Shown: piece after piece, positions 41,411 through 55,100 of the stretch
Layout of the letters: every line of letters begins with the position of its first letter
Numbering within the stretch: position 1 is the first letter of the stretch
Position numbers and translations under genes: made by a program
The notes under the pieces: model-generated
What the model saw: the letters and a program-made list of their open reading frames with translations, nothing else
The model's database searches: none
What the model was told of the DNA's origin: nothing
DNA from: Auanema rhodensis
Lineage: Eukaryota > Animalia > Nematoda
Reading direction: 5' to 3'
DNA length: 64,000 nucleotides
Assembly (NCBI GenBank): GCA_964057225.1
Contig: OZ059894.1
Coordinates: forward strand, 2,666,001-2,730,000

Positions 41411-44400
41411 GACAATGTTATTCAACGAAAAAATCAATTCTTCAGGGTGAAAATCGAGGATCTAAGTGTGAACTTATATCAGTTGATATCTCGGTGCATT
41501 TTTAAGCTAGCGCAAATCTGATAACACAGATCGACGCAGCTTAAAAATCCGCATCGAATGCACTATACTACATTGAGAAACGCTTAATACAAAAATTAGT
41601 TATGATCGTTTGAAAAATGATGCATTAGTGTATGTTGAGTTTCCATGTACACTCAACATTGCTTCCAAAAACATTTTGACAAAAATTTTTTCGAAAAATT
41701 TCAAAATAATTTAGCAAAAAGTAGATGTTTTTAGATTCCTTTTTTCAAGGCAAAGACGATGGACATTGTTATTCAACGAAAAAATCAATTCTTCAGGGTG
41801 AAAATCGAGGATCTAAGTGTGAACTTATATCAGTTGATATCTCGGTGCATTTTTAAGCTAGCGCAAATCTGATAACACAGATCGACGCAGCTTAAAAATC
41901 CGCATCGAATGCACTATACTACATTGAGAAACGCTTAATACAAAAATTAGTTATGATCGTTTGAAAAATGATGCATTAGTGTATGTTGAGTTTCCATGTA
42001 CACTCAACATTGCTTCCAAAAACATTTTGACAAAAATTTTTTCGAAAAATTTCAAAATAATTTAGCAAAAAGTAGATGTTTTTAGATTCCTTTTTTCAAG
42101 GCAAAGACGATGGACATTGTTATTCAACGAAAAAATCAATTCTTCAGGGTGAAAATCGAGGATCTAAGTGTGAACTTATATCAGTTGATATCTCGGTGCA
42201 TTTTTAAGCTAGCGCAAATCTGATAACACAGATCGACGCAGCTTAAAAATCCGCATCGAATGCACTATACTACATTGAGAAACGCTTAATACAAAAATTA
42301 GTTATGATCGTTTGAAAAATGATGCATTAGTGTATGTTGAGTTTCCATGTACACTCAACATTGCTTCCAAAAACATTTTGACAAAAATTTTTTCGAAAAA
42401 TTTCAAAATAATTTAGCAAAAAGTAGATGTTTTTAGATTCCTTTTTTCAAGGCAAAGACGATGGACATTGTTATTCAACGAAAAAATCAATTCTTCAGGG
42501 TGAAAATCGAGGATCTAAGTGTGAACTTATATCAGTTGATATCTCGGTGCATTTTTAAGCTAGCGCAAATCTGATAACACAGATCGACGCAGCTTAAAAA
42601 TCCGCATCGAATGCACTATACTACATTGAGAAACGCTAAATACAAAAATTAGTTATGATCGTTTGAAAAATGATGCATTAGTGTATGTTGAGTTTCCATG
42701 TACACTCAACATTGCTTCCAAAAACATTTTGACAAAAATTTTTTCGAAAAATTTCAAAATAATTTAGCAAAAAGTAGATGTTTTTAGATTACTTTTTTCA
42801 AGGCAAAGACGATGGACATTGTTATTCAACGAAAAAATTAATTCTTCAGGGTGAAAATCGAGGATATAAGTGTGAACTTATATCAGTTGATATCTCGGTG
42901 CATTTTTAAGCTAGCGCAAATCTGATAATACAGATCGACGCAGCTTAAAAATCCGCATCGAATGCACTATACTACATTGAAAAACGCTTAATACAAAAAT
43001 TAGTTATGATCGTTTGAAAAATGATGCATTAGTGTATGTTGAGTTTCCATGTACACTCAACATTGCTTCCAAAAACATTTTGACAAAAATTTTTTCGAAA
43101 AATTTCAGAATAATTTAGCAAAAAGTAGATGTTTTTAGATTCCTTCTTTCAAGGCAAAGACGATGGACATTGTTATTCAACGAAAAAATTGATTCTTCAG
43201 GGTGAAAATCGAAGATATAAGTGTGAACTTATATCAATTGATATCTCGGTGCATTTTTAAGCTAGCGCAAATCTGATAACACAGATCGATGCAGCTTAAA
43301 AATCCGCATCGAATGCACTATATTACATTGAGAAACGCTTAATACAAAAATTAGTTATGATCGTTTGAAAAATGATGCATTAGTGTATGTTGAGTTTCCA
43401 TGTACACTCAACATTGCTTCCAAAAACATTTTGACAAAAATTTTTTCGAAAAATTTCAAAATAATTTAGCAAAAAGTAGATGTTTTTAGATTCCTTTTTT
43501 CAAGGCAAAGACGATGGACATTGTTATTCAACGAAAAAATTAATTCTTCAGGGTGAAAATCGAGGATATAAGTGTGAACTTATATCAGTTGATATCTCGG
43601 TGCATTTTTAAGCTAGTGCAAATCTGATAAAACAGATCGACGCAGCTTAAAAATCCGCATCGAATGCACTATACTACATTGAAAAACGCTTAATACAAAA
43701 ATTAGTTATGATCGTTTGAAAAATGATGCATTAGTGTATGTTGAGTTTCCATGTACACTCAACATTGCTTCCAAAAACATTTTGACAAAAATTTTTTCGA
43801 AAAATTTCAAAATAATTTAGCAAAAAGTAGATGTTTTTAGATTTCTTTTTTCAAGGCAAAGACGATGGACATTGTTATTCAACGAAAAAATTAATTCTTC
43901 AGGGTGAAAATCGAGGATATAAGTGTGAACTTATATCAGTTGATATCTCGGTGCATTTTTAAGCTAGCGCAAATCTGATAACACAGATCGATGCAGCTTA
44001 AAAATCCGCATCGAATGCACTATATTACATTGAGAAACGCTTAATACAAAAATTAGTTATGATCGTTTGAAAAATGATGCATTAGTGTATGTTGAGTTTC
44101 CATGTACACTCAACATTGCTTCCAAAAACATTTTGACAAAAATTTTTTCGAAAAATTTCAAAATAATTTAGCAAAAAGTAGATGTTTTTAGATTCCTTTT
44201 TTCAAGGCAAAGACGATGGACATTGTTATTCAACGAAAAAATTAATTCTTCAGGGTGAAAATCGAGGATATAAGTGTGAACTTATATCAATTGATATCTC
44301 GGTGCATTTTTAAGCTAGCGCAAATCTGATAACACAGATCGATGCAGCTTAAAAATCCGCATCGAATGCACTATATTACATTGAGAAACGCTTAATACAA

Positions 44401-47400
44401 AAATTAGTTATGATCGTTTGAAAAATGATGCATTAGTGTATGTTGAGTTTCCATGTACACTCAACATTGCTTCCAAAAACATTTTGACAAAAATTTTTTC
44501 GAAAAATTTCAAAATAATTTAGCAAAAAGTAGATGTTTTTAGATTCCTTTTTTCAAGGCAAAGACGATGGACATTGTTATTCAACGAAAAAATTAATTCT
44601 TCAGGGTGAAAATCGAGGATATAAGTGTGAACTTATATCAGTTGATATCTCGGTGCATTTTTAAGCTAGTGCAAATCTGATAAAACAGATCGACGCAGCT
44701 TAAAAATCCGCATCGAATGCACTATACTACATTGAAAAACGCTTAATACAAAAATTAGTTATGATCGTTTGAAAAATGATGCATTAGTGTATGTTGAGTT
44801 TCCATGTACACTCAACATTGCTTCCAAAAACATTTTGACAAAAATTTTTTCGAAAAATTTCAAAATAATTTAGCAAAAAGTAGATGTTTTTAGATTCCTT
44901 TTTTCAAGGCAAAGACGATGGACATTGTTATTCAACGAAAAAATTAATTCTTCAGGGTGAAAATCGAGGATATAAGTGTGAACTTATATCAGTTGATATC
45001 TCGGTGCATTTTTAAGCTAGTGCAAATCTGATAAAACAGATCGACGCAGCTTAAAAATCCGCATCGAATGCACTATACTACATTGAAAAACGCTTAATAC
45101 AAAAATTAGTTATGATCGTTTGAAAAATGATGCATTAGTGTATGTTGAGTTTCCATGTACACTCAACATTGCTTCCAAAAACATTTTGACAAAAATTTTT
45201 TCGAAAAATTTCAAAATAATTTAGCAAAAAGTAGATGTTTTTAGATTTCTTTTTTCAAGGCAAAGACGATGGACATTGTTATTCAACGAAAAAATTAATT
45301 CTTCAGGGTGAAAATCGAGGATATAAGTGTGAACTTATATCAGTTGATATCTCGGTGCATTTTTAAGCTAGCGCAAATCTGATAACACAGATCGATGCAG
45401 CTTAAAAATCCGCATCGAATGCACTATATTACATTGAGAAACGCTTAATACAAAAATTAGTTATGATCGTTTGAAAAATGATGCATTAGTGTATGTTGAG
45501 TTTCCATGTACACTCAACATTGCTTCCAAAAACATTTTGACAAAAATTTTTTCGAAAAATTTCAAAATAATTTAGCAAAAAGTAGATGTTTTTAGATTCC
45601 TTTTTCCAAGGCAAAGACGATGGACATTGTTATTCAACGAAAAAATTAATTCTTCAGGGTGAAAATCGAGGATATAAGTGTGAACTTATATCAGTTGATA
45701 TCTCGGTGCATTTTTAAGCTAGTGCAAATCTGATAAAACAGATCGACGCAGCTTAAAAATCCGCATCGAATGCACTATACTACATTGAAAAACGCTTAAT
45801 ACAAAAATTAGTTATGATCGTTTGAAAAATGATGCATTAGTGTATGTTGAGTTTCCATGTACACTCAACATTGCTTCCAAAAACATTTTGACAAAAATTT
45901 TTTCGAAAAATTTCAAAATAATTTAGCAAAAAGTAGATGTTTTTAGATTTCTTTTTTCAAGGCAAAGACGATGGACATTGTTATTCAACGAAAAAATTAA
46001 TTCTTCAGGGTGAAAATCGAGGATATAAGTGTGAACTTATATCAGTTGATATCTCGGTGCATTTTTAAGCTAGCGCAAATCTGATAACACAGATCGATGC
46101 AGCTTAAAAATCCGCATCGAATGCACTATATTACATTGAGAAACGCTTAATACAAAAATTAGTTATGATCGTTTGAAAAATGATGCATTAGTGTATGTTG
46201 AGTTTCCATGTACACTCAACATTGCTTCCAAAAACATTTTGACAAAAATTTTTTCGAAAAATTTCAAAATAATTTAGCAAAAAGTAGATGTTTTTAGATT
46301 CCTTTTTTCAAGGCAAAGACGATGGACATTGTTATTCAACGAAAAAATTAATTCTTCAGGGTGAAAATCGAGGATATAAGTGTGAACTTATATCAGTTGA
46401 TATCTCGGTGCATTTTTAAGCTAGTGCAAATCTGATAACACAGATCGATGCAGCTTAAAAATCCGCATCGAATGCACTATACTACATTGAAAAACGCTTA
46501 ATACAAAAATTAGTTATGATCGTTTGAAAAATGATGCATTAGTGTATGTTGAGTTTCCATGTACACTCAACATTGCTTCCAAAAACATTTTGACAAAAAT
46601 TTTTTCGAAAAATTTCAAAATAATTTAGCAAAAAGTAGATGTTTTTAGATTCCTTTTTTCAAGGCAAAGACGATGGACATTGTTATTCAACGAAAAAATT
46701 AATTCTTCAGGGTGAAAATCGAGGATATAAGTGTGAACTTATATCAGTTGATATCTCGGTGCATTTTTAAGCTAGCGCAAATCTGATAAAACAGATCGAC
46801 GCAGCTTAAAAATCCGCATCGAATGCACTATACTACATTGAAAAACGCTTAATACAAAAATTAGTTATGATCGTTTGAAAAATGATGCATTAGTGTATGT
46901 TGAGTTTCCATGTACACTCAACATTGCTTCCAAAAACATTTTGACAAAAATTTTTTCGAAAAATTTCAAAATAATTTAGCAAAAAGTAGATGTTTTTAGA
47001 TTCCTTTTTTCAAGGCAAAGACGATGGACATTGTTATTCAACGAAAAAATTAATTCTTCAGGGTGAAAATCGAGGATATAAGTGTGAACTTATATCAGTT
47101 GATATCTCGGTGCATTTTTAAGCTAGCGCAAATCTGATAAAACAGATCGACGCAGCTTAAAAATCCGCATCGAATGCACTATACTACATTGAAAAACGCT
47201 TAATACAAAAATTAGTTATGATCGTTTGAAAAATGATGCATTAGTGTATGTTGAGTTTCCATGTACACTCAACATTGCTTCCAAAAACATTTTGACAAAA
47301 ATTTTTTCGAAAAATTTCAGAATAATTTAGCAAAAAGTAGATGTTTTTAGATTCCTTTTTTCAAGGCAAAGACGATGGACATTGTTATTCAACGAAAAAA

Positions 47401-49131
47401 TTAATTCTTCAGGGTGAAAATCGAGGATATAAGTGTGAACTTATATCAATTGATATCTCGGTGCATTTTTAAGCTAGCGCAAATCTGATAACACAGATCG
47501 ATGCAGCTTAAAAATCCGCATCGAATGCACTATATTACATTGAGAAACGCTTAATACAAAAATTAGTTATGATCGTTTGAAAAATGATGCATTAGTGTAT
47601 GTTGAGTTTCCATGTACACTCAACATTGCTTCCAAAAACATTTTGACAAAAATTTTTTCGAAAAATTTCAAAATAATTTAGCAAAAAGTAGATGTTTTTA
47701 GATTTCTTTTTTCAAGGCAAAGACGATGGACATTGTTATTCAACGAAAAAATTAATTCTTCAGGGTGAAAATCGAGGATATAAGTGTGAACTTATATCAG
47801 TTGATATCTCGGTGCATTTTTAAGCTAGCGCAAATCTGATAACACAGATCGATGCAGCTTAAAAATCCGCATCGAATGCACTATATTACATTGAGAAACG
47901 CTTAATACAAAAATTAGTTATGATCGTTTGAAAAATGATGCATTAGTGTATGTTGAGTTTCCATGTACACTCAACATTGCTTCCAAAAACATTTTGACAA
48001 AAATTTTTTCGAAAAATTTCAAAATAATTTAGCAAAAAGTAGATGTTTTTAGATTCCTTTTTTCAAGGCAAAGACGATGGACATTGTTATTCAACGAAAA
48101 AATTAATTCTTCAGGGTGAAAATCGAGGATATAAGTGTGAACTTATATCAGTTGATATCTCGGTGCATTTTTAAGCTAGCGCAAATCTGATAACACAGAT
48201 CGACGCAGCTTAAAAATCCGCATCGAATGCACTATACTACATTGAGAAACGCTTAATACAAAAATTAGTTATGATCGTTTGAAAAATGATGCATTAGTGT
48301 ATGTTGAGTTTCCATGTACACTAAACATTGCTTCCAAAAACATTTTGACAAAAATTTTTTCGAAAAATTTCAAAATAATTTAGCAAATAGTAGATGTTTT
48401 TAGATTTCTTTTTCAAGGCAAAGACGATGGACATTGTTATTCAACGAAAAAATTAATTCTTCAGGGTGAAAATCGAGGATATAAGTGTGAACTTATATCA
48501 GTTGATATCTCGGTGCATTTTTAAGCTAGCGCAAATCTGATAACACAGATCGACGCAGCTTAAAAATCTGCATCAAATGCACTATACTACATTGAGAAAC
48601 GCTTAATACAAAAATTAGTTATGATCGTTTGAAAAATGATGCATTAGTGTATGTTGAGTTTCCATGTACACTCAACATTGCTTCCAAAAACATTTTGACA
48701 AAAATTTTTTCGAAAAATTTCAAAATAATTTAGCAAAAAGTAGATGTTTTTAGATTCCTTTTTTCAAGGCAAAGACGATGGACATTGTTATTCAACGAAA
48801 AAATTAATTCTTCAGGGTGAAAATCGAGGATATAAGTGTGAACTTATATCAGTTGATATCTCGGTGCATTTTTAAGCTAGCGCAAATCTGATAACACAGA
48901 TCGACGCAGCTTAAAAATCCGCATCGAATGCACTATACTACATTGAGAAACGCTTAATACAAAAATTAGTTATGATCGTTTGAAAAATGATGCATTAGTG
49001 TATGTTGAGTTTCCATGTACACTAAACATTGCTTCCAAAAACATTTTGACAAAAATTTTTTCGAAAAATTTCAAAATAATTTAGCAAATAGTAGATGTTT
49101 TTAGATTTCTTTTTTCAAGGCAAAGACGATG
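41411..49131 (+). repeat. Subfamily domain C (monomers 119-140): four GGATCTAAG monomers followed by a P/Q two-type segment
   Basis: AAATCAATT+GGATCTAAG occurs four times. P monomers carry AGTGC, TAAAAC, TGAAAAAC; Q monomers carry GATGC, TATATTAC. All end in GGCAAAG. Confidence 0.8.
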
Positions 49132-52100
49132 GACATTGTTATTCAACGAAAAAATTAATTCTTCAGGGTGAAAATCGAGGATATAAGTGTGAACATATAT
49201 CAGTTGATATCTCGGTGCATTTTTAAGCTAGCGCAAATCTGATAACACAGATCGACGCAGCTTAAAAATCCGCATCGAATGCACTATACTACATTGAGAA
49301 ACGCTCAATACAAAAATTAGTTATGATCGTTTGAAAAATGATGCATTAGTGTATGTTGAGTTTCCATGTACACTCAACATTGCTTCCAAAAACATTTTGA
49401 CAAAAATTTTTTCGAAAAATTTCAAAATAATTTAGCAAAAAGTAGATGTTTTTAGATTCCTTTTTTCAAGGCAAAGACGATGGACATTGTTATTCAACGA
49501 AAAAATTAATTCTTCAGGGTGAAAATCGAGGATATAAGTGTGAACATATATCAGTTGATATCTCGGTGCATTTTTAAGCTAGCGCAAATCTGATAACACA
49601 GATCGACGCAGCTTAAAAATCCGCATCGAATGCACTATACTACATTGAGAAACGCTCAATACAAAAATTAGTTATGATCGTTTGAAAAATGATGCATTAG
49701 TGTATGTTGAGTTTCCATGTACACTCAACATTGCTTCCAAAAACATTTTGACAAAAATTTTTTCGGAAAATTTCAAGATAATTTAGCAAAAAGTAGATGT
49801 TTTTAGATTTCTTTTTTCAAGGCGAAGACGATGGACATTGTTATTCAACGAAAAAATTAATTCTTCAGGGTGAAAATCGAGGATATAAGTCTGAACTTAT
49901 ATCAGTTGATATCTCGGTGCATTTTTAAGCTAGCGCAAATCTGATAACACAGATCGACGCAGCTTAAAAATCCGCATCGAATGCACTATACTACATTGAG
50001 AAACGCTCAATACAAAAATTAGTTATGATCGTTTGAAAAATGATGCATTAGTGTATGTTGAGTTTCCATGTACACTCAACATTGCTTCCAAAAACATTTT
50101 GACAAAAATTTTTTCGAAAAATTTCAAAATAATTTAGCAAAAAGTAGATGTTTTCAGATTTTTTTTTCAAGGCAAAGACGATGGACAATGTTATTCAACG
50201 AAAAAATTAATTCTTCAGGGTGAAAATCGAGGATATAAGTGTGAACTTATATCAGTTGATATCTCTGTGCATTTTTAAGCTAGCGCAAATCTGATAACAC
50301 AGATCGATGCAGCTTAAAAATCCGCATCGAATGCACTATACTACATTGAGAAACGCTCAATACAAAAATTAGTTATGATCGTTTGAAAAATGATGCATTA
50401 GTGTATGTTGAGTTTCCATGTACACTCAACATTGCTTCCAAAAACATTTTGACAAAAATTTTTTCGAAAAATTTCAAAATAATTTAGCAAAAAGTAGATG
50501 TTTTCAGATTTTTTTTTCAAGGCAAAGACGATGGACAATGTTATTCAACGAAAAAATTAATTCTTCAGGGTGAAAATCGAGGATATAAGTGTGAACTTAT
50601 ATCAGTTGATATCTCGGTGCATTTTTAAGCTAGCGCAAATCTGATAACACAGATCGACGCAGCTTAAAAATCCGCATCGAATGCACTATACTACATTGAG
50701 AAACGCTCAATACAAAAATTAGTTATGATCGTTTGAAAAATGATGCATTAGTGTATGTTGAGTTTCCATGTACACTAAACATTGCTTCCAAAAACATTTT
50801 GACAAAAATTTTTTCGAAAAATTTCAAAATAATTTAGCAAATAGTAGATGTTTTTAGATTTCTTTTTTCAAGGCAAAGACGATGGACATTGTTATTCAAC
50901 GAAAAAATTAATTCTTCAGGGTGAAAATCGAGGATATAAGTGTGAACATATATCAGTTGATATCTCGGTGCATTTTTAAGCTAGCGCAAATCTGATAACA
51001 CAGATCGACGCAGCTTAAAAATCCGCATCGAATGCACTATACTACATTGAGAAACGCTCAATACAAAAATTAGTTATGATCGTTTGAAAAATGATGCATT
51101 AGTGTATGTTGAGTTTCCATGTACACTCAACATTGCTTCCAAAAACATTTTGACAAAAATTTTTTCGAAAAATTTCAAAATAATTTAGCAAAAAGTAGAT
51201 GTTTTTAGATTCCTTTTTTCAAGGCAAAGACGATGGACATTGTTATTCAACGAAAAAATTAATTCTTCAGGGTGAAAATCGAGGATATAAGTGTGAACAT
51301 ATATCAGTTGATATCTCGGTGCATTTTTAAGCTAGCGCAAATCTGATAACACAGATCGACGCAGCTTAAAAATCCGCATCGAATGCACTATACTACATTG
51401 AGAAACGCTCAATACAAAAATTAGTTATGATCGTTTGAAAAATGATGCATTAGTGTATGTTGAGTTTCCATGTACACTCAACATTGCTTCCAAAAACATT
51501 TTGACAAAAATTTTTTCGGAAAATTTCAAGATAATTTAGCAAAAAGTAGATGTTTTTAGATTTCTTTTTTCAAGGCGAAGACGATGGACATTGTTATTCA
51601 ACGAAAAAATTAATTCTTCAGGGTGAAAATCGAGGATATAAGTCTGAACTTATATCAGTTGATATCTCGGTGCATTTTTAAGCTAGCGCAAATCTGATAA
51701 CACAGATCGACGCAGCTTAAAAATCCGCATCGAATGCACTATACTACATTGAGAAACGCTCAATACAAAAATTAGTTATGATCGTTTGAAAAATGATGCA
51801 TTAGTGTATGTTGAGTTTCCATGTACACTCAACATTGCTTCCAAAAACATTTTGACAAAAATTTTTTCGAAAAATTTCAAAATAATTTAGCAAAAAGTAG
51901 ATGTTTTCAGATTTTTTTTTCAAGGCAAAGACGATGGACAATGTTATTCAACGAAAAAATTAATTCTTCAGGGTGAAAATCGAGGATATAAGTGTGAACT
52001 TATATCAGTTGATATCTCTGTGCATTTTTAAGCTAGCGCAAATCTGATAACACAGATCGATGCAGCTTAAAAATCCGCATCGAATGCACTATACTACATT

Positions 52101-55100
52101 GAGAAACGCTCAATACAAAAATTAGTTATGATCGTTTGAAAAATGATGCATTAGTGTATGTTGAGTTTCCATGTACACTCAACATTGCTTCCAAAAACAT
52201 TTTGACAAAAATTTTTTCGAAAAATTTCAAAATAATTTAGCAAAAAGTAGATGTTTTCAGATTTTTTTTTCAAGGCAAAGACGATGGACAATGTTATTCA
52301 ACGAAAAAATTAATTCTTCAGGGTGAAAATCGAGGATATAAGTGTGAACTTATATCAGTTGATATCTCGGTGCATTTTTAAGCTAGCGCAAATCTGATAA
52401 CACAGATCGACGCAGCTTAAAAATCCGCATCGAATGCACTATACTACATTGAGAAACGCTCAATACAAAAATTAGTTATGATCGTTTGAAAAATGATGCA
52501 TTAGTGTATGTTGAGTTTCCATGTACACTCAACATTGCTTCCAAAAACATTTTGACAAAAATTTTTTCGAAAAATTTCAAAATAATTTAGCAAAAAGTAG
52601 ATGTTTTTAGATTCCTTTTTTCAAGGCAAAGACGATGGACAATGTTATTCAACGAAAAAATTAATTCTTCAGGGTGAAAATCGAGGATATAAGTGTGAAC
52701 TTATATCAGTTGATATCTCGGTGCATTTTTAAGCTAGCGCAAATCTGATAACACAGATCGACGCAGCTTAAAAATCCGGATCGAATGCACTATACTACAT
52801 TGAGAAACGCTTAATACAAAAATTAGTTATGATCGTTTGAAAAATGATGCATTAGTGTATGTTGAGTTTCCATGTACACTCAACATTGCTTCCAAAAACA
52901 TTTTGACAAAAATTTTTTCGAAAAATTTCAAAATAATTTAGCAAAAAGTAGATGTTTTTAGTTTTCTTTTTTCAAGGCAAAGACGATGGACGATGTTATT
53001 CAACGAAAAAATTAATTCTTCAGGGTGAAAATCGAGGATATAAGTGTGAACTTATATCAGTTGATATCTCGGTGCATTTTTAAGCTAGCGCAAATCTGAT
53101 AACACAGATCGATGCAGCTTAAAAATCCGCATCGAATGCACTATACTACATTGAGAAACGCTTAATACAAAAATTAGTTATGATCGTTTGAAAAATGATG
53201 CATTAGTGTATGTTGAGTTTCCATGTACACTCAACATTGCTTCCAAAAACATTTTGACAAAAATTTTTTCGAAAAATTTCAGAATAATTTAGCAAAAAGT
53301 AGATGTTTTTAGATTCCTTTTTTCAAGGCAAAGACGATGGACATTGTTATTCAACGAAAAAATTAATTCTTCAGGGTGAAAATCGAGGATATAAGTGTGA
53401 ACATATATCAGTTGATATCTCGGTGCATTTTTAAGCTAGCGCAAATCTGATAACACAGATCGACGCAGCTTAAAAATCCGCATCGAATGCACTATACTAC
53501 ATTGAGAAACGCTCAATACAAAAATTAGTTATGATCGTTTGAAAAATGATGCATTAGTGTATGTTGAGTTTCCATGTACACTCAACATTGCTTCCAAAAA
53601 CATTTTGACAAAAATTTTTTCGAAAAATTTCAAAATAATTTAGCAAAAAGTAGATGTTTTTAGATTCCTTTTTTCAAGGCAAAGACGATGGACATTGTTA
53701 TTCAACGAAAAAATTAATTCTTCAGGGTGAAAATCGAGGATATAAGTGTGAACATATATCAGTTGATATCTCGGTGCATTTTTAAGCTAGCGCAAATCTG
53801 ATAACACATATCGACGCAGCTTAAAAATCCGCATCGAATGCACTATACTACATTGAGAAACGCTCAATACAAAAATTAGTTATGATCGTTTGAAAAATGA
53901 TGCATTAGTGTATGTTGAGTTTCCATGTACACTCAACATTGCTTCCAAAAACATTTTGACAAAAATTTTTTCGAAAAATTTCAAAATAATTTAGCAAAAA
54001 GTAGATGTTTTCAGATTTTTTTTTCAAGGCAAAGACGATGGACAATGTTATTCAACGAAAAAATTAATTCTTCAGGGTGAAAATCGAGGATATAAGTGTG
54101 AACTTATATCAGTTGATATCTCTGTGCATTTTTAAGCTAGCGCAAATCTGATAACACAGATCGACGCAGCTTAAAAATCCGCATCGAATGCACTATACTA
54201 CATTGAGAAACGCTCAATACAAAAATTAGTTATGATCGTTTGAAAAATGATGCATTAGTGTATGTTGAGTTTCCATGTACACTCAACATTGCTTCCAAAA
54301 ACATTTTGACAAAAATTTTTTCGAAAAATTTCAAAATAATTTAGCAAAAAGTAGATGTTTTCAGATTTTTTTTTCAAGGCAAAGACGATGGACAATGTTA
54401 TTCAACGAAAAAATTAATTCTTCAGGGTGAAAATCGAGGATATAAGTGTGAACTTATATCAGTTGATATCTCTGTGCATTTTTAAGCTAGCGCAAATCTG
54501 ATAACACAGATCGATGCAGCTTAAAAATCCGCATCGAATGCACTATACTACATTGAGAAACGCTCAATACAAAAATTAGTTATGATCGTTTGAAAAATGA
54601 TGCATTAGTGTATGTTGAGTTTCCATGTACACTCAACATTGCTTCCAAAAACATTTTGACAAAAATTTTTTCGAAAAATTTCAAAATAATTTAGCAAAAA
54701 GTAGATGTTTTCAGATTTTTTTTTCAAGGCAAAGACGATGGACAATGTTATTCAACGAAAAAATTAATTCTTCAGGGTGAAAATCGAGGATATAAGTGTG
54801 AACTTATATCAGTTGATATCTCGGTGCATTTTTAAGCTAGCGCAAATCTGATAACACAGATCGACGCAGCTTAAAAATCCGCATCGAATGCACTATACTA
54901 CATTGAGAAACGCTCAATACAAAAATTAGTTATGATCGTTTGAAAAATGATGCATTAGTGTATGTTGAGTTTCCATGTACACTCAACATTGCTTCCAAAA
55001 ACATTTTGACAAAAATTTTTTCGAAAAATTTCAAAATAATTTAGCAAAAAGTAGATGTTTTTAGATTCCTTTTTTCAAGGCAAAGACGATGGACAATGTT

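Noticed and set aside
38160-48420. Two singleton 1-bp deletions (near 38170 and near 48410) as lineage markers
   Set aside because: Both lie in T homopolymers and are absent from sister copies (monomers 115 and 140), so they may be sequencing errors.
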